DNA from: Candidatus Micrarchaeia archaeon
Lineage (GTDB): Archaea > Micrarchaeota > Micrarchaeia > CABMEP01
Direction: 5' to 3'
Assembly: GCA_038881595.1 (NCBI GenBank)
Contig: JAVZPM010000001.1
Coordinates: 115,433 to 179,432 of the forward strand
Length of the DNA: 64,000 nucleotides
Position numbers and translations under genes: made by a program. A model generated the notes under the pieces. That model was not told the DNA's origin and did not search any database. It worked only from the letters and a program-made list of their open reading frames with translations. Of the stretch, positions 61,747 through 64,000 are shown one piece after another (the first letter of the stretch is position 1; every line of letters begins with the position of its first letter).

Positions 61747-62274
61747 ATGGATCTTAGCTTTTCAATAATAGTTTTTCTTCTCCAAATTTTTATAGGAATA
61801 CTGTTTGCTATATTATCAGTATACCTTGGTCTTAGATTTTATGATAAAATGACTAAAGGAATAGATGAAATAAAAGAATTGAAAAAAGGAAATGTTGCGG
61901 TTGCAATTATTCTTGCTTCTCTTATACTATCAATAGGTAACATTGTTCAGCAAGGAGTGGCTCAATTCGATAATGTTCTTCTTCGTGGGGTTTCAATTCC
62001 TTTATTCATAATTTCTTTTATAATGGCAATTATACAATTAAGTATTGTTGTTTTAATTGCAATATTGGCAATTTATGTTGCGATAAGAGTTTTAGACTCG
62101 ATAACTGTAGGTATAGATGAATTAGGTGAAATAAAGAAAGGTAATATTGCAGTTGCTATAATCGTTGCTGCTGTTATATATCTTGTATCACTTGTTGTTT
62201 CTGGTGCAATAGCAGATATAAACAACCTTTCGATATTTAAACCCGAAATAGTAGCTAGTATGCTTGGATTGTAA
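61747..62274 (+). CDS. DUF350 membrane protein (two repeats)
   Basis: Duplicated D..T.GIDE..E.KKGN.AVAI motif. Confidence 0.88.
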   Translation: MDLSFSIIVFLLQIFIGILFAILSVYLGLRFYDKMTKGIDEIKELKKGNVAVAIILASLILSIGNIVQQGVAQFDNVLLRGVSIPLFIISFIMAIIQLSIVVLIAILAIYVAIRVLDSITVGIDELGEIKKGNIAVAIIVAAVIYLVSLVVSGAIADINNLSIFKPEIVASMLGL

Positions 62275-62288
62275 CAGCTATTGATTTG

Positions 62289-62720
62289 TTAATGATTTAC
62301 TAGAATTATTTTTCCATTTTTTGATTCTATTTTTATAAATCCTTTTTTAATAATTATCTCGCCATTTATATCTACATTGCACTTAGAAAAAAACGACTTG
62401 TTTTCTATACTTGAAGATAATATTAACTCGTTCTTATTTGTAGATATTTTAACTTCTTCAGGAAAATAAAGATATAAAATGCGTTCATTGCCATCGCCTA
62501 GAATACATAATGAATTTATTGAATTTTCTAAATCATTTGAATATTTAGATAACAAAATTTTATTGATTTCAATTTGGAATTTATTATTGATTTTTATGAA
62601 ATTTATAAGAAATAAAGAAAGAATAGATAGAAAAATAGCGAAAATTAATAAGAATTCTATAGAAAGTTGACCTCTTTTATTTCTATCAAAAGATTTTAAA
62701 TCCCCCACTGCATTCATCAT
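62289..62720 (-). CDS. Pilin-like protein with class III signal peptide
   Basis: NKRG/QLSIEFLLIFAIFL; start reassigned to MMNAVG. Confidence 0.82.
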   Translation of the reverse strand: MMNAVGDLKSFDRNKRGQLSIEFLLIFAIFLSILSLFLINFIKINNKFQIEINKILLSKYSNDLENSINSLCILGDGNERILYLYFPEEVKISTNKNELILSSSIENKSFFSKCNVDINGEIIIKKGFIKIESKNGKIILVNH

Positions 62721-62721
62721 T

Positions 62722-62976
62722 CTACCATTGATATAAATAAGATATCTCATAGGTTGGTTTAGATGGAGAAGGTTTAATTGTAGAACCATTCGTAGTTTGT
62801 TCTATCTGCTCATATATTTTATCTGAAGTGCTTTGAATTGAGCTGGATGCCTTCTCTGCTGATTCTCGCATTTTTGATGCAACCAAAAAAACTACACCTA
62901 GCAGTATTGCAAGAATTATTATCAACTCTATAGAAAGTTGACCTCTTATACTATTTCTATATTTAGATTTTACCAT
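62722..62976 (-). CDS. Small pilin-like protein with class III signal peptide
   Basis: IRG/QLSIELIIILAILLGVVFLVA. Confidence 0.87.
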   Translation of the reverse strand: MVKSKYRNSIRGQLSIELIIILAILLGVVFLVASKMRESAEKASSSIQSTSDKIYEQIEQTTNGSTIKPSPSKPTYEISYLYQW

Positions 62977-63032
62977 ATTGATATAATAAAAATATTATTT
63001 TTAAATCTTTACTTAAGAGTATTGAAAATAGT

Positions 63033-64000
63033 TCATTTCAATCTAATAGAATCCAAATCCATAGGAGCTCTTGATTCTATTCCTAATGATCTTGAAATTG
63101 ATGTGGCAAATTCTTCACATTTCTTAGGTTCTCCATGATCAATTAATATTAAAGATGGTTTTGGCTTCATGGATTTTATATAATTCATGAGTTGTCTTCT
63201 ATCGCTATGTCCGCTGAACCCTTCTGCTGTTTCAACTCTTAATTTAACTTGAATAGTTTCTAGCCTACCATCTTCTCCTACAACAGCTACTTCTTTTTCT
63301 CCTTTTTGTATTTTTCTTCCTAATGAATAATTAGTGTTAAAACCAACAAATATGATAGCATTTTTAGGATCTCCTGCAAGTGCTTTAAAATACTCAACAG
63401 AAGGTCCACCTGTCATCATTCCAGATGGTGCAAGAATTACACAAGGATCTCCTTCTATTATTTCTTGTCTATTTCCTTTTACTACTTCAAAAATTGGTGA
63501 TTCAAATGGACTTTTTCCACTTAAAATCATTCTTTGTAAATTGTCTTTTAGATATTCTGGATAAACGGTATGAATTGCTGATGCCTCAAGAATCATTCCA
63601 TCTATATATACTTTAAAGTTTGCCTTATCTGGATTTCTTCTTGCAAATTCTTCAAATACAAGCATTATATCTTGAGACCTTCCTACAGAGAAAACAGGTA
63701 TCAATACTTTTCCTCCTTTTGCTAAAGTTTCTGTAGTAATTTTTATTACTTTTTCCTCTGCTTGAGGTCTTGGAGGATGGAAATCTTCTTTTCCTCCATA
63801 AGTGCTTTCTAAAATTAATGTTTCAACTCTAGGAAAAGTGTTAACTGCTGGATTTAGAAGTTTTGTATGACTGAATTTTATATCTCCACTATAAACTAAA
63901 TTATGTAAACCATCACTTATATGTAAATGTACTATTGAACTTCCCAAAATATGACCAGAATTGTGTAATGTAAGTTTTATTTCAGGACTGATGTCTGTTA
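63033..64000 (-). CDS. Beta-CASP ribonuclease aCPSF1 (3' part; start outside window)
   Basis: Frame open to the window edge (TDISPEIKLTLHNSGHILGSS); YSGD, ESTYG, PVFSVGRSQ, SGMMTGGPS, FSGHSD, HGE. Confidence 0.95.
   Translation of the reverse strand, partial: TDISPEIKLTLHNSGHILGSSIVHLHISDGLHNLVYSGDIKFSHTKLLNPAVNTFPRVETLILESTYGGKEDFHPPRPQAEEKVIKITTETLAKGGKVLIPVFSVGRSQDIMLVFEEFARRNPDKANFKVYIDGMILEASAIHTVYPEYLKDNLQRMILSGKSPFESPIFEVVKGNRQEIIEGDPCVILAPSGMMTGGPSVEYFKALAGDPKNAIIFVGFNTNYSLGRKIQKGEKEVAVVGEDGRLETIQVKLRVETAEGFSGHSDRRQLMNYIKSMKPKPSLILIDHGEPKKCEEFATSISRSLGIESRAPMDLDSIRLK

Overview
AT-rich, gene-dense archaeal chromosome segment. It is most consistent with a DPANN archaeon, probably Micrarchaeota (inferred from rpL15e, rpS26e, Lsm, aCPSF1, SRP54, PolB, a ~380-aa epsilon2-type tRNA splicing endonuclease and GGTGA/GGAGG Shine-Dalgarno motifs). 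Most of the window is housekeeping, rich in RNA processing and tRNA modification genes (trm5, taw1, trmI, truD, endA, rtcA). It has six + strand tRNAs without encoded CCA; two carry BHB introns, one at non-canonical position 30/31. It also has dispersed type IV pilus parts. The standout is a ~12-kb co-oriented locus (23214-35086, minus strand): six tandem paralogous polytopic membrane proteins sharing three motifs and resembling CedA/VirB6-type channel subunits, each with a different extracellular insert, followed by a single-pass protein and a lipoprotein with hydrolase-like domains. Also notable: a 1240-aa orphan ending in an outer-membrane-type beta-barrel signature, an unannotated box C/D guide RNA whose two guides both point at wobble C34 (tRNA-Met CAU and tRNA-Leu CAA), and a GC-rich structured element upstream of rtcA. 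No CRISPR array, rRNA, integrase or transposase was seen. Family calls come from motif recognition only; no database search was run.
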